A stretch of 35,253 nucleotides of DNA, taken from positions 1 through 35,253 of the forward strand of contig CAZHSS010000001.1 in the NCBI GenBank assembly GCA_964535205.1. The letters run 5' to 3'. The stretch comes from an uncultured Verrucomicrobiota bacterium. GTDB lineage: Bacteria > Verrucomicrobiota > Kiritimatiellia > CAIQIC01 > Lenti-01. The notes beneath the pieces are model-generated. The model saw nothing but the letters and a program-made list of their open reading frames with translations. It was not told the DNA's origin and made no database searches. This document shows positions 26,050 to 35,227 of this stretch, one piece after another. The translations under genes were made by a program, and so were the position numbers. Position 1 is the first letter of the stretch; each line of letters begins with the position of its first letter.

Positions 26050-26811
26050 ATGAAAACCGCGTCTCCATTGGGAATCGCCGCCCTGGCCCTGTTCCTGGGC
26101 CTGGCGATGGCTTCGTGCCGCCGCCCGCCGCCTTCCCGGGCCGGCGTGGCCATCACCTTTGACGACCACAGCATCGAGGAATGGCACCGCGCCCTCGATC
26201 TGTTCCGCCGCTATGACGCCCATGCCACGTTCTTCGTCGATCAGTTTCATCTCCTCACCAAGGAACAACTGCGCCTGCTGGAAGACATCCGCCGGGATGG
26301 GCACGAAATCGGCGTGCATTCCGTGGATCACGTGAACGCCCATGTCTACCTGGCGGAACAGCCCGGCCGCACCATGGAAGACTACGCGCGCGAACAGGTC
26401 CTGCCGGCCCTGGAAGCGATGCGCCGGCACGGCTTCGCTCCCGTCAGCTTTTCCTATCCCGGCGGGCATGGGCCGCCGGAAGGCGATGCCGTGCTTCTGC
26501 GACACTTCCGCATGCTCCGCACCAACAATCACTATGCCCCGTTCTACCCGTTTGACGGCACGCGCGTCGTGGGAGCCCAGGGCATCGACCACCAGTTCGC
26601 CGAGGACCGGGAAAAAATCTTCGCCCGGCTGGAGGAAGCGCGGCGCGAAGACAAGGTGCTCGTGCTGTTCGGTCACCGCATCGGCCCGGAACGCGGCCTG
26701 TATTACACCGCCATGGACGACCTGGAAGTCCTTCTGCAATACGCCCGGAAACAGGGCCTGCGGTTCTACCGCTTTGGCGATCTGGGACCGGTGCCGACCG
26801 GGGAAAATTGA
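26050..26811 (+). CDS. Polysaccharide deacetylase (CE4 / NodB homology) lipoprotein
   Basis: MKTASPLGIAALALFLGLAMASC lipobox. NodB motifs ITFDDHS and GHEIGVHSVDH. Confidence 0.85.
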   Translation: MKTASPLGIAALALFLGLAMASCRRPPPSRAGVAITFDDHSIEEWHRALDLFRRYDAHATFFVDQFHLLTKEQLRLLEDIRRDGHEIGVHSVDHVNAHVYLAEQPGRTMEDYAREQVLPALEAMRRHGFAPVSFSYPGGHGPPEGDAVLLRHFRMLRTNNHYAPFYPFDGTRVVGAQGIDHQFAEDREKIFARLEEARREDKVLVLFGHRIGPERGLYYTAMDDLEVLLQYARKQGLRFYRFGDLGPVPTGEN

Positions 26812-26838
26812 AATCCCTGCCCCGTTCCGGCTAGCCGT

Positions 26839-29565
26839 TTACGGACCGTCTGCCGGAGCAATCTCCACCCGGCGCAGTTTAACCCCCAGCATCCGGGTGT
26901 CCCCGGCCCCGAAAGCCGCCGGAGTCCAAACGGGCGTGGACCATTCCAGCCGGTTCGCCTGCCCGGCATTCACCCGGTCTGCGGGCACCCGCGCCTCCCA
27001 TGTCGCTTCGCGGGACTCCGGAGATTCCCTGCGCTCTTCGCCGGTCAGCACCTCTCCGTTCCAGCGGACCTCGACCGGCCCGGACTCCACCCCGGCCGGA
27101 ATGCTGTCGGTCGAATAATCGATCCGCAGGAGAATATCCCCGTCCGCAGCCGGCAGATCAAAATCCATTTCGGCCCGGCCGGCGGTCCACCGATAGGCGT
27201 CCGCTCCGCTTCCCTCCCGGCGGCTGAAACCCGATACGATGTACAGGGAATCCGCGTCGCTGCCCATCTGGACCCGCACGGGATAGACATCCGCGGGACG
27301 GTGCAGCAGCACCCGGTAGATTTCCGGAACGGCCGGTTCCTGCCAGGACGGCAGATTCGTCTCCGGTTCGTCTTCCAGCACAATCCGGATCCGCCTCGTC
27401 TCCCGCTCCGGATCGTACGGCAACGGAACGATGGCGGAATAACCGTTTCGGTCCATCGGAATTTCCGCGGTCGCCAGCCGGCGGTCTCCCTCGAAAAATC
27501 CGATCCGGTGAGACGCCTCCGGCTGCCGGCGGGAACCCACGATCCGCCATTCCAGAACCACCCGCCGGGCTTCCGGCAGCGGCACGGGCACGTCCAGTTC
27601 CGCCGATCCCGTCACGCGCGGCACTGGATGGGCCGCCGTGGCCGGAATCACATCGCCGCTCCAGCGCGCACTGTGATCAAACAAGCTGAAAAATCCCATG
27701 TTCAGTTCCATGGGCTCGTCCAACGTTCCCGCCATCATCTGGATTTCTCCCGGCAAAAGCCGGTCCGATTCCAGCACAGCGCTCCCGCCCGGTGCCCCCC
27801 CTGTTTCGGTCGGCCGAATTCCCCCGACAAACGCCCCCCCCCGCGTAATTCGGCGGGGATGCGATTCACCGTCCACAACGAGGGTCACCGGCGAATCCGT
27901 GGCGTCCACGGCTTCCAGATAGCCCAGGTCCAGAATGAACCAGCCGGGAACATCCCGCGGTGCCGTCCATTTCAGTTCGGTACGGTGATTCCGCCAGGGC
28001 TGGATGCGCCGGATATGGACAGGGGGTGCGGCGTAATCCTTGGCATGATAGACCGACGGATCGAAGGAGACCACCGGCTCCAGATCAACCAGCCGCCGCA
28101 ACGGCACCGTGTCCCCTTGCGGCATTCCTGAATACGGCCAGAAGGCGGCAAACAGCGGAACGCCCGCCTTCTGCAGCGGCTCCAGATGTCCCTGAAGCTG
28201 GACGGGAACCGGATCCCGGGGATCGTGGGGAAGCGGCAGGGCGTACGACCGGCACGACATGAACCAGTCCAGCCATTCGCACAAATGCCGGGGAGCAAAC
28301 ACAACGGCATTCTCCGGCAGCACGGCCGACAGCTCCTGAACCATGGCCCGGGCTTGCGGCACCTGGTGCAGCGGCCCCTTCGCTTCCATCTGCAAAACCC
28401 GCCCCCCGGAAACCATCGCCGCCAGCGCCAAGACTCCCCAGCCCAGCTTCCGGCCCGCCTCCGGCCGCCAGGACGCCAGCGCCTCCAGAGCGGTGTATAT
28501 TCCATACCCCGCCATCAGGACCAGAAACAGCACCACGACGTAAAAATAGCGGAAAAAGAAAGTCCAGTAGAACGAGTAGAACGCGGCATACACCACGGCC
28601 GCCGGCAAAACCAGCGCCAGCATCAGCGGCTGGCGCCGCCGAAGAGCCGCCCACAGTCCCGCGCCGGCCAGCACCAGCAGCCAGGGGTCGTTCTTCACGT
28701 AGTAGTCCCAGGCCATGCCTCCGACGGACGAAAACGTGGCCCAGTTGAAATGCGCGCCGGGAATCACCTGCGTCTCGATGGCGGCCTGGGGCGGCAGCAG
28801 AATCTGGTGCGTGGTGACATACGTCTGCCAGACCAGCGGCACCAGGGACATCCCCAATCCGGCCAGGAACGAGAGCACGGCCCGCCAAAACGAGAGGCCG
28901 CCGCGCGCTTCGCGCCAGGCCCATAACCCGTACAAGCCCAGCGGAATGATCATCAGAACGGACGGTTCCCGCACGCTCGTGGCCAGCCCCAGCAGCACGC
29001 CCGCGCCTGCGATCCCGATCATCCGGCGGCGCGCGAGCGAAACCACCAGCGCCCCTGTGGCCGCCAGCAGCAGCACATAGGAGAGCGGATCGCGGTAGGG
29101 GTTGATGTACCGGGTGAAATTCACCGCATCGGCGGCCAGCACCACCACCCAGACCGACAAAAAGGCCCAGCAGGCGGGAACAGCAGGTCGCCGAGCCGGA
29201 TCGCGCCAGAACCGTCCCATCCAGGCCGTCAGCCCGAACAGCACCAGCATCACCGGCAGGTTGACCAGATACACATAATAGGGCCCGGCCACCTCCAGGG
29301 CCGCCCGAAGAAACAGCGGGAACCCGTACGGCCATCGGCTTTGCGTGAATTCCCGGCTGAAGTTCCGCGCGAAATCCAGCCAGTTGTACGAATCCGAATA
29401 CGCCCGGATGAAATAACTGGTCTGCACCAGCCGCAGGAAACAGACCAGGCCGAACCCGCCGATCAGCCACGGCAATACGCGTTCCAGCCGCCCCCGGGCC
29501 GGCCGCGGCCCGCCTCCCGATCCCGCGACGGAATTCCGGGATCCGGTCTTTGCGGCGTCATCCAT
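26839..29565 (-). CDS. Large polytopic membrane protein: GT-C-like N-terminal domain plus ~480-aa periplasmic C-terminal domain
   Basis: 908 aa. About 12 predicted helices in the first ~430 aa. Acidic first loop AYSDSYNWLDFARNF. SVREPSVLMIIPLG is paralogous to IRETVLLALPG in the next gene. The soluble C-terminal half is unassigned. Confidence 0.65.
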   Translation of the reverse strand: MDDAAKTGSRNSVAGSGGGPRPARGRLERVLPWLIGGFGLVCFLRLVQTSYFIRAYSDSYNWLDFARNFSREFTQSRWPYGFPLFLRAALEVAGPYYVYLVNLPVMLVLFGLTAWMGRFWRDPARRPAVPACWAFLSVWVVVLAADAVNFTRYINPYRDPLSYVLLLAATGALVVSLARRRMIGIAGAGVLLGLATSVREPSVLMIIPLGLYGLWAWREARGGLSFWRAVLSFLAGLGMSLVPLVWQTYVTTHQILLPPQAAIETQVIPGAHFNWATFSSVGGMAWDYYVKNDPWLLVLAGAGLWAALRRRQPLMLALVLPAAVVYAAFYSFYWTFFFRYFYVVVLFLVLMAGYGIYTALEALASWRPEAGRKLGWGVLALAAMVSGGRVLQMEAKGPLHQVPQARAMVQELSAVLPENAVVFAPRHLCEWLDWFMSCRSYALPLPHDPRDPVPVQLQGHLEPLQKAGVPLFAAFWPYSGMPQGDTVPLRRLVDLEPVVSFDPSVYHAKDYAAPPVHIRRIQPWRNHRTELKWTAPRDVPGWFILDLGYLEAVDATDSPVTLVVDGESHPRRITRGGAFVGGIRPTETGGAPGGSAVLESDRLLPGEIQMMAGTLDEPMELNMGFFSLFDHSARWSGDVIPATAAHPVPRVTGSAELDVPVPLPEARRVVLEWRIVGSRRQPEASHRIGFFEGDRRLATAEIPMDRNGYSAIVPLPYDPERETRRIRIVLEDEPETNLPSWQEPAVPEIYRVLLHRPADVYPVRVQMGSDADSLYIVSGFSRREGSGADAYRWTAGRAEMDFDLPAADGDILLRIDYSTDSIPAGVESGPVEVRWNGEVLTGEERRESPESREATWEARVPADRVNAGQANRLEWSTPVWTPAAFGAGDTRMLGVKLRRVEIAPADGP

Positions 29566-29669
29566 CAGTTCACTCTGTTCCTGCTCATGCGTACGGTTTT
29601 ACTCTAATGCGTCCTTCCCTCGCATCGCAACGGAAATACGGCCTGGCGCGCCCTCGACAAGGGCGCCTT

Positions 29670-31829
29670 TCACTGAAGCTGATATCCGATCTCCACCAGC
29701 CGGAAATGGTTGTCCCAATCCTCCGGGACCTCTACGGAAAGGTCCACTTGAATAAACCCGGATTCCACCCGCCGGGGAACGGGCAGTTCGTGTCGGAATC
29801 GGCCCCGATGCAGCCGGTTGGTGAACGAAACCGTGTCTTCTCCATTCAGGCGGTACTGAAACACGACTTCCCGCTTTTGACGAAATCGGGGCTCCAGCAG
29901 CAGGGAAATCACGGGACGCACCTCACTGCTTCCCCGCGGAACCGGAAACTCGAATCGGGCCGCCCGGGTGATGCCCACTCCCCATTTTTCGTCGGGCCGG
30001 CTTAGGTGCGCCGGCGGCCTGACCCAGTTCCAGGCGGACGGCAACCGGCCCCGCTCCATCGTGAAGGCATCCCATGTTCCGCTGATTTCCGGAATCCGAA
30101 TCAGCTTCGACGGCAGAACGCCGCTCGATTCAACCTCTACGCGTAGTTCCTCCCCTCCCTGAATTCGGCTGGGGGCCACCGCCAGCGGGATCAGGCCGTT
30201 TCCGCTGGAAACGGTCCATTGCTGCAACTCCGTTCCAGTGGGATCCAGCAGCCGGACCCGTCGCTTCGCCGCCGGGTCCGATTCCTGGAAATCCAGCCAA
30301 AGCAACGGCGGCTCGTCCGGATCCGGCCTCCACTCCTGCTCCACCTGATGCCGCGACCATGGAACCACCCGCTGAAGCGAATAGGCCATGGATCCAAGGG
30401 AGGCTTCCACCGGCGCCCCCGTCTCGTCGGCCACCGGAACCAGATCGGCCCGACGGCGGATCAGATCGTCGCTGCTCGATCCCCATACATTCCCCGGCAC
30501 GGCAAGACGCCAAAAATACCGCTCCCCGTCCGCAAGGGCCGCCGGTATATCCTCCCACGGGGGCAGCGGATCGATGCACAGATAAGTCCACACCACTTCA
30601 ATCAGATGGCGGCAGTTGCCGTCCACCCAAAGCCGGGACGGATCCGGCACGTGGCGCCACGTGGTCTGGACAAATCGCTCCACCTCCGCCTTGGCTATCT
30701 TCTGCCCCCAGACCGGCAGTTGCCGGATCGCCTGAAGATTCAACCCCAGCATAAGCGCGAGCCCGCCGCCCAGGATCCACGGGCGGAACCGCGCGGCCGT
30801 CCGGCGGCCCGCGACATCAAAGGCGAAAGCCAGTCCTGCCGCCGCCACGACGACCAGCAGCAGGTAGCAGTCCAGCGCATACCGCTGGTGCACCATGAAC
30901 ACCGCATAGAACGCGGCCAGAAACAGCGCGGGCGGGATCCACAACAGCAACCGCTCCGGCGAACGACGCTGAAACCAAATCCCGAGGGCGAACAGCATCC
31001 ACCCCGGCCAGCCGGCAGCGGCGGCGATCAAACGAAAATATTCCATCAATCGGCCCCCATAGGCGGCCGCATCCATCTGCGTCAAAAACATCCACCAGGA
31101 TTGAAACTGCGCATTCCCTTTCCAGCCCGACGCCAGGACATACACCAACACCCCCGCCGCCAAAACCGCCAGCGGCGCCAACAGGCATGCCGCACCCTGC
31201 CACCGACGGTTCTTCCAGGCCGGCGCCAAAAGCACCCAGGCCAGCATGCCCGGCAACGCCAGCAACACCGTTTCCCGAATCAACGCCCCGGCCAGCAGGA
31301 CGCACGTGGCCAAACCCAGGCGGAGTCCTCCACCCCGCCTGCCGGGATCGGCCTCCTCCAGCAAAACAAACGCCCACACCATGCAGAGAAACTGTGGCGC
31401 CCCGCGAAAGGCATACAGCAGGAAATGGGCGTACAGACTTTCGCCGCTCCACACGAGCCAAAGCAAGGCTCCCGCCAACAGCAGCCCGCCCGCCGGACCC
31501 AATCCCCACTTCCGGGCCAGCCGCAGCAATCCGGCGCCCGCCCCCCAACAAACGAAAAATCCGACCCAGGACACGGCATACGGCCCGAACAACTGGATCA
31601 CCCCCGCCAACACCATCGGCCATCCCGGGATGATGAAATCCGCCACCGAACGAAACGCCGCCAGCGACATCCCGCCCTGGAGCAGGTCCAGCGCCAGCCG
31701 GGTATAGGTGAAGGGATCCTGCCCCGACGCATAGGTCAGGATTTGGAGCTGGGCCGCCAGCAGCACCAACCCGATCCCCAGCAGGCTTGCGCCCCACCCC
31801 CAGGCCGGCCGCCAACGGAGCCCGCTCAC
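29670..31829 (-). CDS. Large polytopic membrane protein, paralog of 26839..29565 (GT-C-like plus periplasmic C-terminal domain)
   Basis: Start set at GTG 31829, which overlaps the DUF2304 stop (GTGA). VSGLRWRPAWGWGASLLGIGLVLLAAQ... The 89 upstream codons of ORF ..32096 are Gly/Ala/Arg-rich and overlap the DUF2304 gene. Confidence 0.65.
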   Translation of the reverse strand: MSGLRWRPAWGWGASLLGIGLVLLAAQLQILTYASGQDPFTYTRLALDLLQGGMSLAAFRSVADFIIPGWPMVLAGVIQLFGPYAVSWVGFFVCWGAGAGLLRLARKWGLGPAGGLLLAGALLWLVWSGESLYAHFLLYAFRGAPQFLCMVWAFVLLEEADPGRRGGGLRLGLATCVLLAGALIRETVLLALPGMLAWVLLAPAWKNRRWQGAACLLAPLAVLAAGVLVYVLASGWKGNAQFQSWWMFLTQMDAAAYGGRLMEYFRLIAAAAGWPGWMLFALGIWFQRRSPERLLLWIPPALFLAAFYAVFMVHQRYALDCYLLLVVVAAAGLAFAFDVAGRRTAARFRPWILGGGLALMLGLNLQAIRQLPVWGQKIAKAEVERFVQTTWRHVPDPSRLWVDGNCRHLIEVVWTYLCIDPLPPWEDIPAALADGERYFWRLAVPGNVWGSSSDDLIRRRADLVPVADETGAPVEASLGSMAYSLQRVVPWSRHQVEQEWRPDPDEPPLLWLDFQESDPAAKRRVRLLDPTGTELQQWTVSSGNGLIPLAVAPSRIQGGEELRVEVESSGVLPSKLIRIPEISGTWDAFTMERGRLPSAWNWVRPPAHLSRPDEKWGVGITRAARFEFPVPRGSSEVRPVISLLLEPRFRQKREVVFQYRLNGEDTVSFTNRLHRGRFRHELPVPRRVESGFIQVDLSVEVPEDWDNHFRLVEIGYQLQ

Positions 31830-32383
31830 GTCGTTCGCTTTCCTTCCGATTCCCCGTCCTTCCGTTCCACCCGGCGCAACCGTTCTTCGGCCAGCGCCAA
31901 CTCGCGCGCCACCTGCGCCAGCTTGTGCTGCGCAAGGCTCAGCGCCACCGAAAAATGGAACAGCATCAAGAGGATGAACGCAAAAACCACCACCAGCACC
32001 GCCACCCCGTAGCTGATGCCCGTCATGGACTCCACCGCATGCGCCAGGTCGGGGAACAGCGCCCCGGCCAGCAGCAGCAGCCCCGTCGCCAGCCACAGGA
32101 AACCGTACCGCTCCTGCATGCGGGAAACCCGGATCATCTCCAGGGTCACCGTCAGCACGATGAAACTCAGCAGCGCGACGATCAGCCGGATGCGCAATTC
32201 GATGGAGTCGGGCCCCAGCACCTCGATGAACGTCGGCCGGAAACCCGCATAGACCATCGCGGCGCCGATGGCCGCCCAGAACAGCGCCTTGAACCGCCTC
32301 GTCTTGTGCTGGAAGAACGTAACGACGCTCGCCGCGAAAACCAGCCCGCCCGCCACCGCCGCCACCATCTGCGGAATCGTCAT
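31826..32383 (-). CDS. DUF2304-family small membrane protein (GT2-associated)
   Basis: ATG 32383 overlaps the GT2 stop (ATGA). Four hydrophobic helices. EMIRVSRMQERYGFLWLATGLLLL, plus a C-terminal helical tail LAQHKLAQVARELALAEERLRRVE. The family call is from memory of this motif and the GT2 adjacency. Confidence 0.6.
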   Translation of the reverse strand: MTIPQMVAAVAGGLVFAASVVTFFQHKTRRFKALFWAAIGAAMVYAGFRPTFIEVLGPDSIELRIRLIVALLSFIVLTVTLEMIRVSRMQERYGFLWLATGLLLLAGALFPDLAHAVESMTGISYGVAVLVVVFAFILLMLFHFSVALSLAQHKLAQVARELALAEERLRRVERKDGESEGKRTT

Positions 32384-33126
32384 GGCGCCGCCTCCATGTT
32401 CCGGCGGTCGAACCGCGGATCCACCGCCCGGCACCGGTCCACGAACAGCGCCACGCACACCTTGAACATGTAGAACACCGTGCCCCAGCGGCGGATCGAG
32501 GACTTGCCCGCCTGCCGTTCCCGGAATTTCGCCGGCACCTCCGCGAAACGATAGCCCTGCCGGCTCAGCAGCGCCAAGGCCTCCGGCTCCGGATAATCCG
32601 CCGGGTATTGATGCGCGAAATACGCCATCGCCGCGCGGTTCACCATCTGGAACCCCGAGGTGGGATCGGTGATCTTCTGCCGGCACACCCAACTCAGAAA
32701 GGCCGCCAAACCGGCAATCCCGGCTTGCCGGACCATCGTGCTGGTGTAGCCTCCGGCGGCCAGAAACCGGGATCCCGCCACCAGGTCCACGTCGCCTTTC
32801 GCCATCCGTTCGATCAACGCGGAACATTCGGCCGGCGGATGCTGTCCGTCGCCATCCAGCCGAATCGCATAGTCATAGCCCTGCTCCAGCGCATAGCGGA
32901 ATCCCGCCTGCATCGCCCCCCCCACTCCGAGATTGCACGGCAGGTTCAAATAGGCGCACCCGGCCGCCTTCAATTTCTGCGGCGTGCCATCCTTCGAACA
33001 GTCATTGATCACGCAAACCGGCACCCCCGGCAGATGCTCCCCCACCTCCTGCAACAACGGCGCAAGGTTCGCCTCCTCGTTGAAGACGGGAATCAGCACG
33101 ATCGTGTTGGATGGTTGCGCCGTCAT
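32380..33126 (-). CDS. Polyprenyl-phosphate glycosyltransferase, GT2 (DPM1/ArnC/GtrB-like)
   Basis: ATG 33126 (alternatives GTG 33144, TTG 33150). IVLIPVFNEEANL, VINDCSKDGT and IRLDGDGQHPP. Short (~248 aa) soluble GT-A typical of lipid-phosphate sugar synthases. Confidence 0.85.
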   Translation of the reverse strand: MTAQPSNTIVLIPVFNEEANLAPLLQEVGEHLPGVPVCVINDCSKDGTPQKLKAAGCAYLNLPCNLGVGGAMQAGFRYALEQGYDYAIRLDGDGQHPPAECSALIERMAKGDVDLVAGSRFLAAGGYTSTMVRQAGIAGLAAFLSWVCRQKITDPTSGFQMVNRAAMAYFAHQYPADYPEPEALALLSRQGYRFAEVPAKFRERQAGKSSIRRWGTVFYMFKVCVALFVDRCRAVDPRFDRRNMEAAP

Positions 33127-33165
33127 GAGATATCGAAACGACACTGCCAACTCGCGGATGGCGAG

Positions 33166-34284
33166 TCAAGCATGGCGGGCCGCTGTTTTTGCCAACACCT
33201 GCCACAGGCCATCTGCGCTGGCCTCCCACGTAAAGCCTTCCGCTCGTTGCCTTGCCTTTTCCGCAAGTCGCGCGCGTTCTTCGCGGGGCAAACCAACCGC
33301 CGTTCTCAACGCCGCGGCAAAAGCCGCCTCGTCGCGGCCATCCGCATAGCGCACCGCCTCGCCGCCAATTTCGGGAATCGACGCCTCGCGCGTCGTCAAC
33401 ACCGGTACGCCGGCGACCATGGCTTCGAGGACCGGCAAACCAAAACCCTCGTAGAGCGACGGGAACACGAACCAATCCGCGCCCTGGTAGAGCGCAATCA
33501 GTTCGCGGCGGGGAAGGTCGGGGAACCGGATCACGCGGCCGGGCGGCGAATCCTTCAACGCAGCCAACACCTCCGGCTCGCCGAACCGCGCCTTGCCCAC
33601 CAGCACCAACCGATGCGGGATGTCCGCCGCGATCCGATTGAACGCCCGGACCAGCAGCGCCACATTCTTGTGCGGATAGGTGTGCGCCACGCACAGAAGA
33701 TACGGCGCGCCCCCCGCTTCTTCCGGTGGCGGCCCGGCCGGGACGCTGAACTTCGGATCGGCCGCCAGTAGCGCGACCGAGATTTTCGCCGGAGATATGC
33801 CGAGGAACCGCACCACCTCCGACTTGGAGAATTCCGAGATGGCCACCACCGCGGCGCTCCGGCCCGCGGCCATCGGATAGAGCACGTCCATCGTGCGCGC
33901 CGCCAGCCAGGAGACATCCTGCGGGAACCGCCGGTACTGCATGTCGAGGATCGAGACCACCTGCGGGCATGCGCAAACCGCCGGCGCGGTGTAGCCCGGC
34001 GACCACAGCACATCCACCTGCGCTCGCTTCACCAACCTCGGCAGCCGGATCTGCTCGGCCAGGATGCGGGCAAACCGGCTGGTGGCGGCAACGCCCGATT
34101 CCACGATTTCCGCCTGCGGAAATTCCGCGCGCAAACGGCCTGCATTTTCACGGTTGGCGAACAGCACCAGTTGCGGAGCGTCTTTCCGGCGTGCCAGCGC
34201 GCGCAGCGTCTCCAGCAGATAGGTCTCCGAGCCCCCCACCTCCCCGGGCAGATAGAACAACGAGTTGACGCCCAGCCGCATCAT
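33166..34284 (-). CDS. Glycosyltransferase, GT1/GT4 family
   Basis: 372 aa. MMRLGVNSLFYLPGEVGGSETY. FVFPSLYEGFGLPVLEAMVAGVPVLTT (E-x7-E). Confidence 0.88.
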   Translation of the reverse strand: MMRLGVNSLFYLPGEVGGSETYLLETLRALARRKDAPQLVLFANRENAGRLRAEFPQAEIVESGVAATSRFARILAEQIRLPRLVKRAQVDVLWSPGYTAPAVCACPQVVSILDMQYRRFPQDVSWLAARTMDVLYPMAAGRSAAVVAISEFSKSEVVRFLGISPAKISVALLAADPKFSVPAGPPPEEAGGAPYLLCVAHTYPHKNVALLVRAFNRIAADIPHRLVLVGKARFGEPEVLAALKDSPPGRVIRFPDLPRRELIALYQGADWFVFPSLYEGFGLPVLEAMVAGVPVLTTREASIPEIGGEAVRYADGRDEAAFAAALRTAVGLPREERARLAEKARQRAEGFTWEASADGLWQVLAKTAARHA

Positions 34285-34441
34285 CCCCTCAACTCGCCGG
34301 ACCGGTTGACGCTGGAACCTGCTTGATCATTGCGCAGACCTTATACCATGAGCGCGCATATTCGCCATTCCCATTTCTTGCTTTATGCGCCAAGGCATGA
34401 GAATTTCCCCAGCGCCATAAGGCAACAAAACCCGAAGGAAC

Positions 34442-35227
34442 ATGCAAGGCAGCGGACGAATCGAATTTGCGAACACATTGCGCGGCTTTGCGGCCGTTGC
34501 CGTGATGGCCATCCATTATCTCGGCTTTTTCGGGCCGGAACGCGATTTTCTTGCCTCCATGATTCATACCCCGCCGCTCCCGATTGAGAGTCAGCCGGTT
34601 CCGTTCTACTCCCTGTGGATGGCCGCTTCGCCCTTCTTCAACCTGGCGCCCTTTGGCGTTGCGCTCTTCTTCGTCATCAGCGGCTTCGTGATTCCCTTTT
34701 CCCTGCAGAAAATGAGCTGGCTGGGCTTCTCGGTCAACCGGCTGTTCCGGATCGTGCCCACCTATGTCGCCGGATTCAGCCTGACGCTGCTCGCCCTGCT
34801 GCTGGGCACGCGCTATTTCGACGCCGCCTGGCCCTACCGCCTGCCGGAAGTGCTCATCCATTATGTGCCCGGCATCCGGGACATCCTGTGGTCGCGCCAC
34901 ATCGACTTCATCGTCTGGACGCTGGAAATCGAGATGAAGTTCTATTTCCTCTGCGCCGTCCTCATCGTCTGGCTCCGGCGCTATTCCCTCAAAGCGTTCG
35001 GCGGACCGGTCGCCTTGTTTTTGCTGGCCCTGGCGCTGGACCGGCTACTTCCGGGCTGGGAAAAGTCCAACCACTCGCTCTATCGGCTGGGCATGGTGAC
35101 CCTCACGGCTTCGCGCTACCTCATCTTCATGTTCATCGGGGTCATGTTCCACTACTTGCACCGGGGCAAAGTCAACCGGAAAACGGCCTTTCTGGGAATC
35201 GGGGGCGTAAGACAAATTTCTTCATAG
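34442..35227 (+). CDS. Acyltransferase family 3 (OafA/YrhL-like O-acyltransferase), apparently 3'-truncated
   Basis: IEFANTLRGFAAVAVMAIHY is the typical AT3 N-terminus. About 7 TM helices are present, whereas this family usually has about 10. The ORF ends (…FLGIGGVRQISS*) exactly where the sequence turns AT-richer at about 35208. Confidence 0.75.
   Translation: MQGSGRIEFANTLRGFAAVAVMAIHYLGFFGPERDFLASMIHTPPLPIESQPVPFYSLWMAASPFFNLAPFGVALFFVISGFVIPFSLQKMSWLGFSVNRLFRIVPTYVAGFSLTLLALLLGTRYFDAAWPYRLPEVLIHYVPGIRDILWSRHIDFIVWTLEIEMKFYFLCAVLIVWLRRYSLKAFGGPVALFLLALALDRLLPGWEKSNHSLYRLGMVTLTASRYLIFMFIGVMFHYLHRGKVNRKTAFLGIGGVRQISS

Noticed and set aside
25798-26739. 313-aa - strand ORF opposite the polysaccharide deacetylase
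   Set aside because: The + strand frame carries the NodB motifs and a lipoprotein signal. The - strand product has no recognisable features.
29648-29666. GC hairpin GCGCCCT-cgaca-AGGGCGC just after the stop of the 29670 gene
   Set aside because: Only a 7-bp stem with no adjacent U-tract on the transcribed (-) strand. Such stems are common by chance at this GC content, so it is not called as a terminator.
31830-32096. N-terminal extension of ORF 29670..32096
   Set aside because: Gly/Ala/Arg-rich and fully overlaps the DUF2304 gene. GTG 31829 gives a GTGA coupling overlap and starts right before the first TM helix.
30219-33771. + strand ORFs 30219..32012 (597 aa), 31787..32473 and 32608..33771 (387 aa)
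   Set aside because: Arg/Pro/Gln-rich shadows of the - strand GT-C, DUF2304, GT2 and GT1 genes.
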